Assembly: GCA_043228905.1 (NCBI GenBank)
Contig: JBHGNT010000014.1
Span: 4,774,001 to 4,838,000 of the forward strand
DNA length: 64,000 bases
Direction: 5' to 3'
Source of the DNA: Azolla caroliniana
Taxonomy: Eukaryota > Plantae > Polypodiophyta
The notes below the pieces were generated by a model that worked only from the letters and a program-made list of their open reading frames with translations, was not told the DNA's origin and did no database searches. Below are positions 37,304 through 47,799 of this stretch, piece after piece. The position numbers and the translations under genes are program-made. Within the stretch, counting starts at the first letter, position 1. Each line of letters opens with the position of its first letter.

Positions 37304-40300
37304 AGGGGGAGTTTGTTGGGATTTCGGTCCCTCCGGATGGGATGTCCGGAGATGAATGACGGCAAGCCCGGTTCCGGTTACGGAGCCGGATGACGAAGAC
37401 CCCGGCTACGGAGCCGGATGATGAAGACCCCGGTTACGGAGCCGGATGATGAAGACCCCGGTTACGGAGCCGGATGATGAAGACCCCGGTTACGGAGCCG
37501 GATGATGAATACCCCGGCTACGGAGCCGGATGATGAAGACCCCGGTTACGGAGCCGGATGACGAATGTACCCGAAGAGAGATCCGGATGCGGGGACATAT
37601 TTATGAATATGTTTGCCAAGAGCCCTTGAGGCTATATTTGTAAATAGCCCGAAAGTCATATATGTATAAATATGACTTAGGGCAAACAGTTTTTGTTGTT
37701 GCTCATTTTATGTTTTCAGCCGAGAGAGCGAAGGGTGAGCAGCGGAGAGAGAGAGAGAGAGAGAGGAAGAGGTCGACGCCTCTGTGTATTACCGCCACCT
37801 GTGGCGAAGACAGTGAGCTCAAGGTCGTTGCCTTGAAGCTTCACCATTGTACATCCCTGTTCATAGTGATAGTTGGAGCTGTGCACTCCCGTGGTTTTTC
37901 CCGTTTAGGGTTTTCCACGTTATACCCTGTGTATTCGTCTCTCGTGTCGTTCTCTGTATTTCCTATTTTCTGCTGCATTGATCCGTGTTGTCTCGGTTGT
38001 GGCCGAGAGGCGAAAGATTTGATAGCGTCTAAGCTCAACAGAAAGCCATGTCCAATCCGTTTGATAGCCTACCCCAAATACTCGCAACTTTAGGACAACT
38101 CCAAGCCGAGAATGCTACCCTTCGTCAATATTTACTTCAGCTTTAGTCTGCCAAATCCTTAGTTACCCTAGCCACCACACTCAACCCACCGCCACCATCC
38201 CAAGAACCCTACTATGAACCCAAGGTTAGCCTTCTCGATAAGTTCAATGGAACACGTGCACGACTATGCGGCTTCCTTAATCAGATTTGCCTCATCACCC
38301 GCCTACAACCCCGTCGTTACGTTATAGGGTTCCACCAGGTCAGTCTCTTGGGTTTGTTGTTGACGAGACTAACGGAGGAGTGGTTTGCTCCCTTGGTGGA
38401 AACAACACCACCACTTTTGGAAAATTTCCAAGCCTTTCTCATGGAGTTTAAAGCTACTTTTGGGGAGACGGACCAACGATGAGCTACGGTCAATAAGATC
38501 TATTCCCTACAGCAAAGTAATCGCACAGCCTCCACCTACGCATCCGAAATCTGCCAGCTTGCCTACGATGTGGGTGGGACGATCAATCCCTACGTGATCA
38601 ACTCTGTCAGGGATTGAGAGGTGATGTAAAAAATTTCTTACTAAATTTTCTAGAGCCGACCTCGCTGAACGAAGCGATAACACAGGCGGTACATTGTGAT
38701 AACCGCCTCTTCAAGCTCCGTCAAGAGGAGTGTACGACCCGGGCAATAAGGCCTCAGCCGTCTTCCTTTTGGCCTTCTTCCTCTCAATCTCCAACACTGC
38801 CATATGTCCCTAACCAAGTCCCAACCACTGATTCACCTACGCCAATGGAGGTGGATAAAGTGGGGCCCCGATCATTGTCCAGTGCACAACGACAACATCG
38901 ACGAGACACCAACTTGTGTTTCTATTGTGGTGTGTCCGGACATCTTGCTTCCTCTTGCCCGGTGAAAGGTAGTCGCATATCGGGAAACAGGAGGGCCCAT
39001 GTGCAGTTGGGCTCCATCAGTCAGATGATCAGCTCTACTCATGAGGCACCATCTTGAAATGGTTTTACGGTACCGGTGAGCTTGCAGATAGGGACTCGGG
39101 TGATATGTACCACCTCCCTACTTGATTCTGGAGCCACGACATGTTTTATGGACATGCTCTTTGGCCATACACACTCCATCCCTAAGGTCGTCAAAACAAA
39201 GCCTCTTCCGATCGAGGTTATTGACAGAAGACCGCTCCTATCGAGTGCCATCATAGAAGAAACAATTCCACCATAGCTCATTATGGGATCTCATCAGGAA
39301 ACAATTGCATTCGGTCTAATTTCTTCCCATTAGCATCCTGTCATTCTAGGGTTGTCCTGGTTAGTGATGCACAATCCCATTGTGGATTGGCGTAGGCAAT
39401 CCCTTGACTTCACAACTCGGATGGGCAAAACTAACAATAACGTCAAAGTTGTTCACAACATCGGTGCTTCGCCGGGTGAGGTGAAGCCTAAGGATAACCA
39501 TCCTACTCAAGTTGCTACTACGGTCGAACATTCAACCTCAATTCTTTCAAAATATCGAGAGTTCTCTGATGTCTTTGACAAACGGAATGCGGATCGACTG
39601 CCAGAGCATAGGCCGTACTACTGTCCAATCGACCTCTAGAATAGTGCCTGTCCTCCCATTGGTCCCATCTACGGGTTATCTGAGCCAAAGTTTGATGCGC
39701 TCTGTGCATACATCGACGCACTCAATGATGCAAGGCCCCAACTTCTTGTAATCCAACTTTCCGCAAGGTCGAGTAGTATCAGTGTTCTTCCTCCTCATTG
39801 GAGGCCTAGGGCGAAAGGCAACCTTATTCTGTTTTCCAGCTAGGAAGCTGGCACATTTATCCAGATGCACATTCTTCACCTCCGGTAGGAGTTCTTTTTC
39901 ATCTAGCATCTGCATACCCTTCTAACTCATGTGGCATAGCCTCTTGTGCCACGCTCACCGGCTGTGTCGGCTGCCACGTTTACCTCGTTTTGGCACAGTC
40001 GTGCATGCAATACATACAATGTATTTTGCTTCTTGGCCCGAGGCACGATCAAGTTTCCTCTACAGAATTTCCAGCTTCCATGTCGAAAGTTACCGTTTTA
40101 ACCTTCGTCATCGAGCCATCCGACCAATATCTGATTCAATATGATATCCGGAGCATGGTGCACATCCTTCAACATCATTCTACAGCCTATTGAGGTCAGT
40201 AGCCATACATTCCCGATTTTGACGATCTTGCATGCATTGTCATTTCCCATCTTCACGTAGTCGTAATCACCGGCCATGTATACGATGAGAAGCATTATCT

Positions 40301-41488
40301 ATTTGGGGTCATGTGAAACAATGCACCGGAATCAACCACCCATGTCGATTCTTCACCGATGAGGTTTGCTTCATTCTGTTCACAGATAAATAGCAGCTCC
40401 TCCTCGCTTGCAGCAATGGTTGAGGTGTTCTTCTTGTCTGGAATCTTCTTCGCCTCAATACCATTAGCTCTCCCTTTGTCCTTCCGGTAGCGTCGATAGT
40501 TCTTCTAGAAGTATCCCGGATTCTCGCAGTAGAAGCATGTGAGTCTTCCCTTTGACTTTGACCTTGGTCTAGACTTGTCCTGATTCTGGGGACTTCTATT
40601 TTGGCCTCTTCCTCGGTTCATGTCACCTTCTGTGATAAGGCCTTCAGGTTGGTAATGGACTCTCTGTACTTCCGACGAGCTTCCTCATTCAGTAAGCTCG
40701 ACTTCACCATCTCTAGGGATAAGTGCTTCCCTTCCGATGGGGCATTGCCTAATGTGACAATGAGCGTTTCCCAGCTATCCGGAAGGGATTCGAGTAGCAA
40801 CTGTGCCAATACCTCGTCGGCAAGAGGTACTTCTAGAGAGTTATCTTGGTTTATCAGTCCTTGGAAGGCATTCAGGTGCTCCACCATGTTGGAGCCATCC
40901 TGATACCGGAGTCGCACAATCTTCCGGAATATTGAGACTTTGTTGATGACATTTTTGTTCTCGAACATTATGTTGATCTTTTGCCAAAGAACTTTCGCAT
41001 TTGTCTCTTCGTTGAAGTTGTTGTATAGACTCATGTCTATAAAACTCCTTATGTATGCGGACGCCTTCATATGCATGAATTCCCAAGATGATGCATCAAT
41101 CTTGTCTGGCTTGGTCTTGCCATATTGCATCGGCAACCATAAGTCTTTGCACACCAACATGTCCCGCATCTTCGACTTCCACAGTGAGTAGTTGGTGCCA
41201 GTTAGCTTGAACATCCACAAAAATGTTCATCCATCAATCTGATACCAGTTTGTTGTAAATGAGAGACTAGCCACAACCGAATAGCAATTCAAGTGCAAAG
41301 ACAAGAAGAAACAAACCAAAACAGAAAATTACACTGACAATGAAACACAAGATATTAACGTGGAAACCCTGAAATGGGAAAAAACCACGGGAGTCCACAG
41401 ACTCCGAACTGTTCCGCTATATGAGGAGAGAATACAAAGAGACTCACAGGTAACAACCTTGAGCTCTTCTTCATCTAACTGACGATTA

Positions 41489-41529
<41 letters not shown>

Positions 41530-41792
41530 AAAGCTCTCTGTAAGTTCACTCCGGCCATCTTTTTCTGCATTCTATAGCTCATTGGAAAGCTCTTTGAGAG
41601 AGCTTTCTAAGGAATGTTCATTTACTGAATTCCGTTACCGTAGCGAGAAGTTATGAGCATTTTCATTCCCAGCCATCTTTGCCCCACGGTTCCTCAAACG
41701 GAAGGTAGATTTTGAAGCCCTAAATCGAGTGAAAGGTACATTCTCTCTCCTTCCCTCTCTGTCTCTCTTTTCCCATAGGGTTTGTCCCTACA

Positions 41793-42662
41793 ATGTCAAA
41801 TACTCGTAAAACCGCCGCAAAGTTCGGGGGTATAATTGATAATGAGCCGAGATCACCAACAAATCTCGATTCTAATGCAATGGACAAAATGCTTATGAGT
41901 CACTTGATTTCTCTTCAAGAAACCATAAACAAGCAAGGTGAAGAGATTAGGACGTTAATGAAAGAGAATACTAAGCTCCAAAGTGTTGTCATTGAAAATG
42001 AAAGTCTTAAACAAGTGGTTGCAAAACTTCAAGAAGAGATTCAAGAATGTAAAAGAGCTTCTTTTGAAACAAATGAGCGCCTTAACAAGATTGAGTTAAA
42101 GGAAGCATTAAAAGAAGAAAAATTGGACACGATGAGGCGGGATGTAAGTGAGATGAAAAATGTATGTACAACGAAGTCATGGGCCGATGTATGTGGTGGG
42201 GATGTGCTATCAAACTCATCTAATATGTATGTGATGCATCAAGAGAAGAATATAGAAAACATAGATGTCCGAGAATGGAAAGAACGTGAACGACGATCAA
42301 AGAACATTGTCGTCCGTGGGATTAAAGAAGAGAGTATTGAAACACCCACATCCCTTGGAAAGGCCATTGGTGATTTTTTTAGCATGCATTATGGGATGTC
42401 AGATGTGAATGTATATGGGGCACACCGAGTTGGGAAACATGGTGTTACTCGCTCCGGAGAAAGGCCTATTGTATGCACAATGACAAATGATACAAAGCGG
42501 CGGATCATACTCGAAAATAGTTGGGTATACCTCAAAGGTACACAATGCTTTGTGAGTGAAGATCGTACTATCTCACAACAAAATGCTCGTCGTAAAGCAT
42601 ATGAAGAAAGATTGAAAAACAAGGTTAAGGATGTGCCTAAAGATGGAAATGTAGGCAAATAG
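41793..42662 (+). CDS. LINE ORF1p (coiled coil plus RRM-like domain)
   Basis: 289 aa. Heptad-rich N-terminus, then RRSKNIVVRGIKE, AHRVGK..RPIV and LKG...FVSED.T motifs. Confidence 0.85.
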   Translation: MSNTRKTAAKFGGIIDNEPRSPTNLDSNAMDKMLMSHLISLQETINKQGEEIRTLMKENTKLQSVVIENESLKQVVAKLQEEIQECKRASFETNERLNKIELKEALKEEKLDTMRRDVSEMKNVCTTKSWADVCGGDVLSNSSNMYVMHQEKNIENIDVREWKERERRSKNIVVRGIKEESIETPTSLGKAIGDFFSMHYGMSDVNVYGAHRVGKHGVTRSGERPIVCTMTNDTKRRIILENSWVYLKGTQCFVSEDRTISQQNARRKAYEERLKNKVKDVPKDGNVGK

Positions 42663-42668
42663 GGACAC

Positions 42669-45600
42669 GTGATCTATGAGACTAACCCACGCCTTTTACG
42701 ACTATGCTTTTGGAATTGCAATGGATACCCATGGAATGCGGGATTTGGCATAGAGGAGTTCACTGATGACTTGGATATCACACTTCTTGTTGAAACATGG
42801 GAGCATGATACTCAACGGATTCAAGGTTTAGGAAACTATAATGTACACTCTTTGATATGGAAGAAAAATCCAAGACAAAGAAGAGGACAAGGAGGGGTGG
42901 CATGTTTGATTAAGAAGGAAATAGAGAAATATGTGTCAATCATAAAAAATGATGAAAATAAATGCTACATATGGCTCAAAATAGAAACACCTAATGATTT
43001 GCCCACTTTTGTAGTTGGATGTTAGATTCCTCATCATGATTCTAACTTTTATGCTTGTTTGGATAAAGATCAACTGTTTGCCAATCTAGAAGATGATATT
43101 GCTTATTTCAAATCCAAAGGGGAAGTTATTGTCTTTGGTGACATGAATGCTCGTACAAGAAGTTTCCAACTTGATTCACAAGAATCTTTCATGCCACATA
43201 TCTCAAGGATGCAAGAGGATATGCAAATGTATAACCGCTCTTCTAGCGATGAAAAAGATCCGGACCAATTTGGGAAGTTACTCCTACAAATGTGCAATAG
43301 TACCAGATTGCTTATTGCAAATGGTATTTCCTTATGGCCCAACACTAATGGTTTTACATGTAGAAAACACAACGGAAATAGTGTGATTGACTATGTGCTA
43401 CTTTCCGAAGGTATTTTGGATCGTATACATAAATTCTCACTTGGTGAATGGACACCGGAATCTGATCATAGGCCTTTATGTATTGATCTCAAATGTATGC
43501 ATAGGTTTGATTGTGAGAAGGCTATTGAAGATAATAAACAACCGCACTTGAGCATGAACCTTAAGCGAGCACCCATGTATTCCAAGATGGTTGAGGATAT
43601 GTTACAAATGGCAAAGATACAACATGGTGCCACACTAGAATGCAAATGGGAAGCTTTCAAGAAAGTCATTCTCTCATGTACAAACAAATGTTTTTCGACC
43701 AATCGCACATCTTGGAAATGCACCAAGAAACTTAGGAAAAAATGGTTTGATAAAGAATGTCGTGAAGCTCGAAAGTGCCTTATGGTTTTGGATGTAGTTA
43801 AGGATAAAGAGAATTACCAAAAGCATTTGCATGAGTATAAAAGGCTTATTCAAAGAAAGAGAAGAATATGGGAAATTACTCAACAACTTATCCAAACGCA
43901 AGAGAAAGCACATGCATGTGCGAAATTTTGGGGAAATCTAAAGGGAAAACGTGTTGAGAGTTATGGTGACTTAACTCTTAACGACTTGTCTATGCATTGT
44001 AAGAATTTATATAAGTTATCTCTTGCCGGAAAGATGATGTGTTATGGTTCTCTTTCACATATGCTTCCCTTCTTTACAATTGAAGATATATGCATAGGAC
44101 TTAAGAAATTGGCCTCTTGAAAGGCAAGCGATCTTCAATGTATAAAGGCTGAAATGCTCAAATGGACGGGAAAGGAAGCACATATATGGATAAGCGATAT
44201 GTTTAATGATGCATTGCAACATGGTATGTCGTACGATTGGACTACAAATTGGATCAAACCTTTACATAAAGGTGGAGATATAAATAATGTAAACAACTAT
44301 CGAACCATCATAGTTGGCTCATTAATGGCAAAACTATTTGGAGGTATAATGGAATCAAAGATAAGTGTATGGGCTGAAAAAAGTGGTAAGAGAGCTTATG
44401 GACAAGCTGGCTTTCGGAAACACCATAGCACCATTGATCATCTTATCACCCTTCGAGTATTAATGGAGGAAAGTCGCCTTAGAGGTAAAGGTTTATATTG
44501 TTGCTTTGTAGACTTCAAGAAAGCTTTTGATATGGTACCTCATGAACATCTTTGGAGGCGAATGGAAGAACTTGAGGTGCCAAGTGAATATATGCTTGCA
44601 ATTTCCCGAATTTATGAGAAGGTTATATGTTGTGTGCGCATGAGAGATAAACTTTCAGATTTTTTCAAAAGCACTATTGGTGTTAAGCAAGGATGCCCAC
44701 TCTCACCAACACTATTTGGTCTATGCATTGATGAATTGGAAGAAATAGTTACCAAGTTTGCAAAGGAAGAATGTGTTGAAGAAGTTGCCATTGGGAATGT
44801 TGTGATTATGCTTTTGCTATATGCAGATGATGTATTGCTTTTTGCAAATACTTTTGGAGATGCACAAAAGCTTATGAAGGCATTGGAAAAATTTTGCATG
44901 CATACTAAATTAAGTGTCAATAGCTCTAAAACAAAGATTATGCTTGTGAAGAGCCAAAAAAGAGATAAACCATGCATTATGTACAACAATGAGCCACTTG
45001 AATGTGTGGAAAGCTTCAAATATCTTGGCCTTGAAGTTCCTTCAAATCCTAGATGGAATGAATGTGCTACACGCCACTTAGAGGCAGGCAAGCGAGCATA
45101 CTATGCATTTGAGAACACATGCAATCTTGGAGATATTAAGTGTTGGGTTCTCAAGAAATATCTTTTCGACACTTTGGTGACACCGGTTCTTCTCTATGGG
45201 GTGGAAGTATGGGGCGGTAGCATCCCTAAATCTATGTGGAAAGAGTTTGAAAATGTCCAAAAGCATTTTCTTACCAAGTTTCTACAAGTTAAGAAACAAA
45301 CGCCCTACACCCTCCTCCTTGAGACGGGATCTCTTCCCATTGAGATCATGGCCATGGAAAGGGTTGTTGAATACATGCTTAAGGTTCAAAAAAGTCCCTC
45401 ACATCGACTTCCTAGAATTGTGTGGGAAGCAAGCAAAAAGATCCAAAAGACGCATAAAAGCAAAATTTTGTGTTCCGGTTGGATGCAAGATATAGAAAAA
45501 TGGTTTGGTAGATGGGATGCGAGACACTTGCTTCATGATGCATCATTAGATTCCTCTGTAAATGAGGCATTTTTGCAACACCAATGTATCATGACATGGG

Positions 45601-46038
45601 ACAAATGTGGAGGCTCACGCTTCACACATTATACTACACGTTGCACCTAACTACAAAACCATATTCTTTGCGGAACGGGGAAATCGTACACATCCATACA
45701 TGTTAGAGCCCATACCGTTATCTTCCATTCGAACCATTACTTCCATGCGACTTAGCTCACATGCATTGCGATGTGAAACAGGGTGTTGGGGTACAAGTGA
45801 TGAGAGTGGTCGGCTATGCACACTTTGCCCTAAACAAGTTCGCGAGTCTGAGTATCACACTTTGATATAATGCTTTGCCTTTGATCATATTCGACCATGC
45901 TTTCCACATCTCTTCGATCGAGCCCAATCTTTGCATGAATTCCTCTCACTACCACAATGTGCACTCTCGATTGCAACATTCATTGGTAAAGTTCTTGAAC
46001 ATCGAGAGTCACTACTCACTTTCACACGTATCACGTGA
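42669..46038 (+). pseudogene. LINE ORF2 (AP endonuclease, RT, C-terminal CCHC), disrupted
   Basis: WNCNG, LVETW, GDMNAR, SVIDY, SDH; QAGFR, FVDFKKAFD, GVKQGCPLSP, LLYADD; RLCTLC..ESEYH..C. Stops at 43023 and 44118 and a frameshift near 45640. Confidence 0.9.
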
Positions 46039-46313
46039 AATGTAATATTTTTGGTCTCATAGGTCATATTTGACCTCCGAAGACGATAATATAATCTATC
46101 TATCTATCTCTCTCTCTCTTCACCACACACAGATTACAACTATGTATAGTGATAACTGTCATGAACACATGACCATTATGGCGTCACTCGGACTTGAACC
46201 TCGAACCTTGTAATTCATACTTGAAAACCTCAACCATTAAGATAGCTTATTGTTATATGAAACAATAAAAGCTACTTCTTGTATTACATTGATTATTGTA
46301 AAAACTCTAGATT

Positions 46314-46410
46314 ATTCTAGAATGTTCTAGAATGTCCTAGAGCATTCTAGGTCTAGAACATTCTAGAACATTCTAGAAATCTCTAAGCTATTCTATAGGA
46401 ACCTATAAAT
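46314..46410 (+). promoter_or_regulatory. Heat-shock element array plus TATA box in the LTR (repeated in the 3' LTR and in G1a)
   Basis: TTCtaGAAtgTTCtaGAA and GAAcaTTCtaGAAcaTTCtaGAA (alternating nGAAn units) end about 25 bp before TATAAAT at 46404. Confidence 0.75.
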
Positions 46411-46565
46411 AAGCGCATACATGTATTCTCAAATCAATTTGAATCAACACCAGTCTTTAGCTCTCATTACATATCTTGTATCCATTCTCTTTCTTTCTCT
46501 ATCTTATACATACATTCTTCTCTATCCTTCTTCCATCACTCTATCTTTTATCCTTGGTTCTGACA

Positions 46566-46574
46566 GTTTGATTC

Positions 46575-46579
<5 letters not shown>
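46566..46579 (+). other. Self-priming type PBS (non-tRNA)
   Basis: No TGG follows the LTR. TTGATTCGAATT is complementary to AATTTGAATCAA at 46436-46447, 32 nt after the TATA start. Confidence 0.7.
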
Positions 46580-46610
<31 letters not shown>

Positions 46611-46635
46611 CCTCCTTTGTAACCATCCTGAAACC

Positions 46636-47799
46636 ATGGCTGCCATTAACTCAGAAGAATATCTCACCCTTGTTGCAGAAATGGAGAACCTTAAATCCAA
46701 GTTCGCATCTCTTGAAGTAGAGAATCAACGTCTACTTGGGGATCTACAAAAGGTTACTATAGAGAAGCAACAACAACAAGAGGAGTTCACGCGACAAGTG
46801 CAACAGTTAGAGTCGACAATCGTCGTGTTACAACAACAAAGGGTTGAAGGTCAGGGACTTATCAAGGAGCCCAAAATTAGCCTCCCAGCTAAATTTGATG
46901 GGTCGAGGGCGCATTTCCGAGGTTTTTTGAATCAAGTACGGTTGGTGATTCAAATGCATCCCGCACGTTATCCAACAGATGCATCACGAGTCGGGCTAGT
47001 GGGCACTTTATTGACTGGCATAGCGTTGTCGTGGTTTGCTCCATTGCTAGAGACCAATTCTCCTCTACTGAATAATTTCGAGGAATTTATCAAGGAATTT
47101 AAGGCTTGTTTCGGAGATACTGATGGGGCGAGAACAGCTATCAACAAGATTCGTACACTTCGTCAAGGTGATCAACTAGCTTCAACATATGCTGCCAATT
47201 TCCATCTCATCGCAAGCGATATTCCTTGGGATGAACAAGCCCTAATGGAGCAATTCCGTTCAGGCCTTCGTAGTGATGTCAAAGACTTACTTCTTACCTT
47301 CCCCGAGGATCCAAGGTCACTTACAGAAGCTATTAGTCGAGCAATACGGTGTGATAATCGCCTTTTTGAGCGTCGATGTGAGCGACAACAACAAATAACA
47401 AGATCTAGATTCACACCAACTTATGCATCAGTAACGGCGCAATCATCCCCAAGGCAAATGTATAGCCCTGCTCCAACTCCAAGGCAAACACGTAGTCCAG
47501 TCCCAATGGATAGTCCTACACCCATGGAGATCGATATGACTCAACGACGAGGACCGTTGTCAGACGAAGAGAAGCAACGTCGTCAAGCAAACCATCTGTG
47601 CTTATATTGTGGAGGTCCAGGACATATAGCCATTCATTGCTCCCGTAGGCCGAGACATCAGGTAAATCAAATTCACTATGACAATAAAAATGAGTCCAAC
47701 ATTTTAGAAGTAGTTAGTGAATCTAATATTATGAATAATCCACCCTTGTCCAATAAATTTGAAGTCCTAAGCCAATTAGAAGAGGAGTCAAACGAATAA
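46636..47799 (+). CDS. Chromovirus Gag, 387 aa (coiled coil, PEG10/sushi-like capsid, CCHC)
   Basis: EPKISLPAKFDG, LLTG.ALSW, LRQG, PMEID and CLYCGGPGHIAIHC motifs. Confidence 0.9.
   Translation: MAAINSEEYLTLVAEMENLKSKFASLEVENQRLLGDLQKVTIEKQQQQEEFTRQVQQLESTIVVLQQQRVEGQGLIKEPKISLPAKFDGSRAHFRGFLNQVRLVIQMHPARYPTDASRVGLVGTLLTGIALSWFAPLLETNSPLLNNFEEFIKEFKACFGDTDGARTAINKIRTLRQGDQLASTYAANFHLIASDIPWDEQALMEQFRSGLRSDVKDLLLTFPEDPRSLTEAISRAIRCDNRLFERRCERQQQITRSRFTPTYASVTAQSSPRQMYSPAPTPRQTRSPVPMDSPTPMEIDMTQRRGPLSDEEKQRRQANHLCLYCGGPGHIAIHCSRRPRHQVNQIHYDNKNESNILEVVSESNIMNNPPLSNKFEVLSQLEEESNE

Larger units (their letters stand above)
32466..38040 (+). mobile_element. Intact Tnt1/Tork-like Copia A4
   Basis: 727-bp LTRs 32466-33192 and 37314-38040 (about 3 differences seen), TSD GAAAG, PBS 33196-33207, PPT after the stop codon and an uninterrupted ORF. 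Confidence 0.97.
32016..39717 (+). mobile_element. Chromovirus G2, 5' half (LTR 32016-32423; gag, protease and start of RT at 38048-39717), interrupted by Copia A4
   Basis: The leader is split at GAAAG. EPKVSL.DKFNG, PMEVD, CFYCGVSGHLASSC, LLDSGATTCF and LPEHRPY motifs. Many stops. Confidence 0.85.
41527..46109 (+). mobile_element. Full-length non-LTR retrotransposon (RTEX-like LINE) inserted in (CT)n
   Basis: 5' UTR, ORF1, APE-RT-CCHC ORF2 and an (ATCT)4 tail. Flanked by (CT)18 at 41491-41526 and by (CT)n after the tail. Confidence 0.9.
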
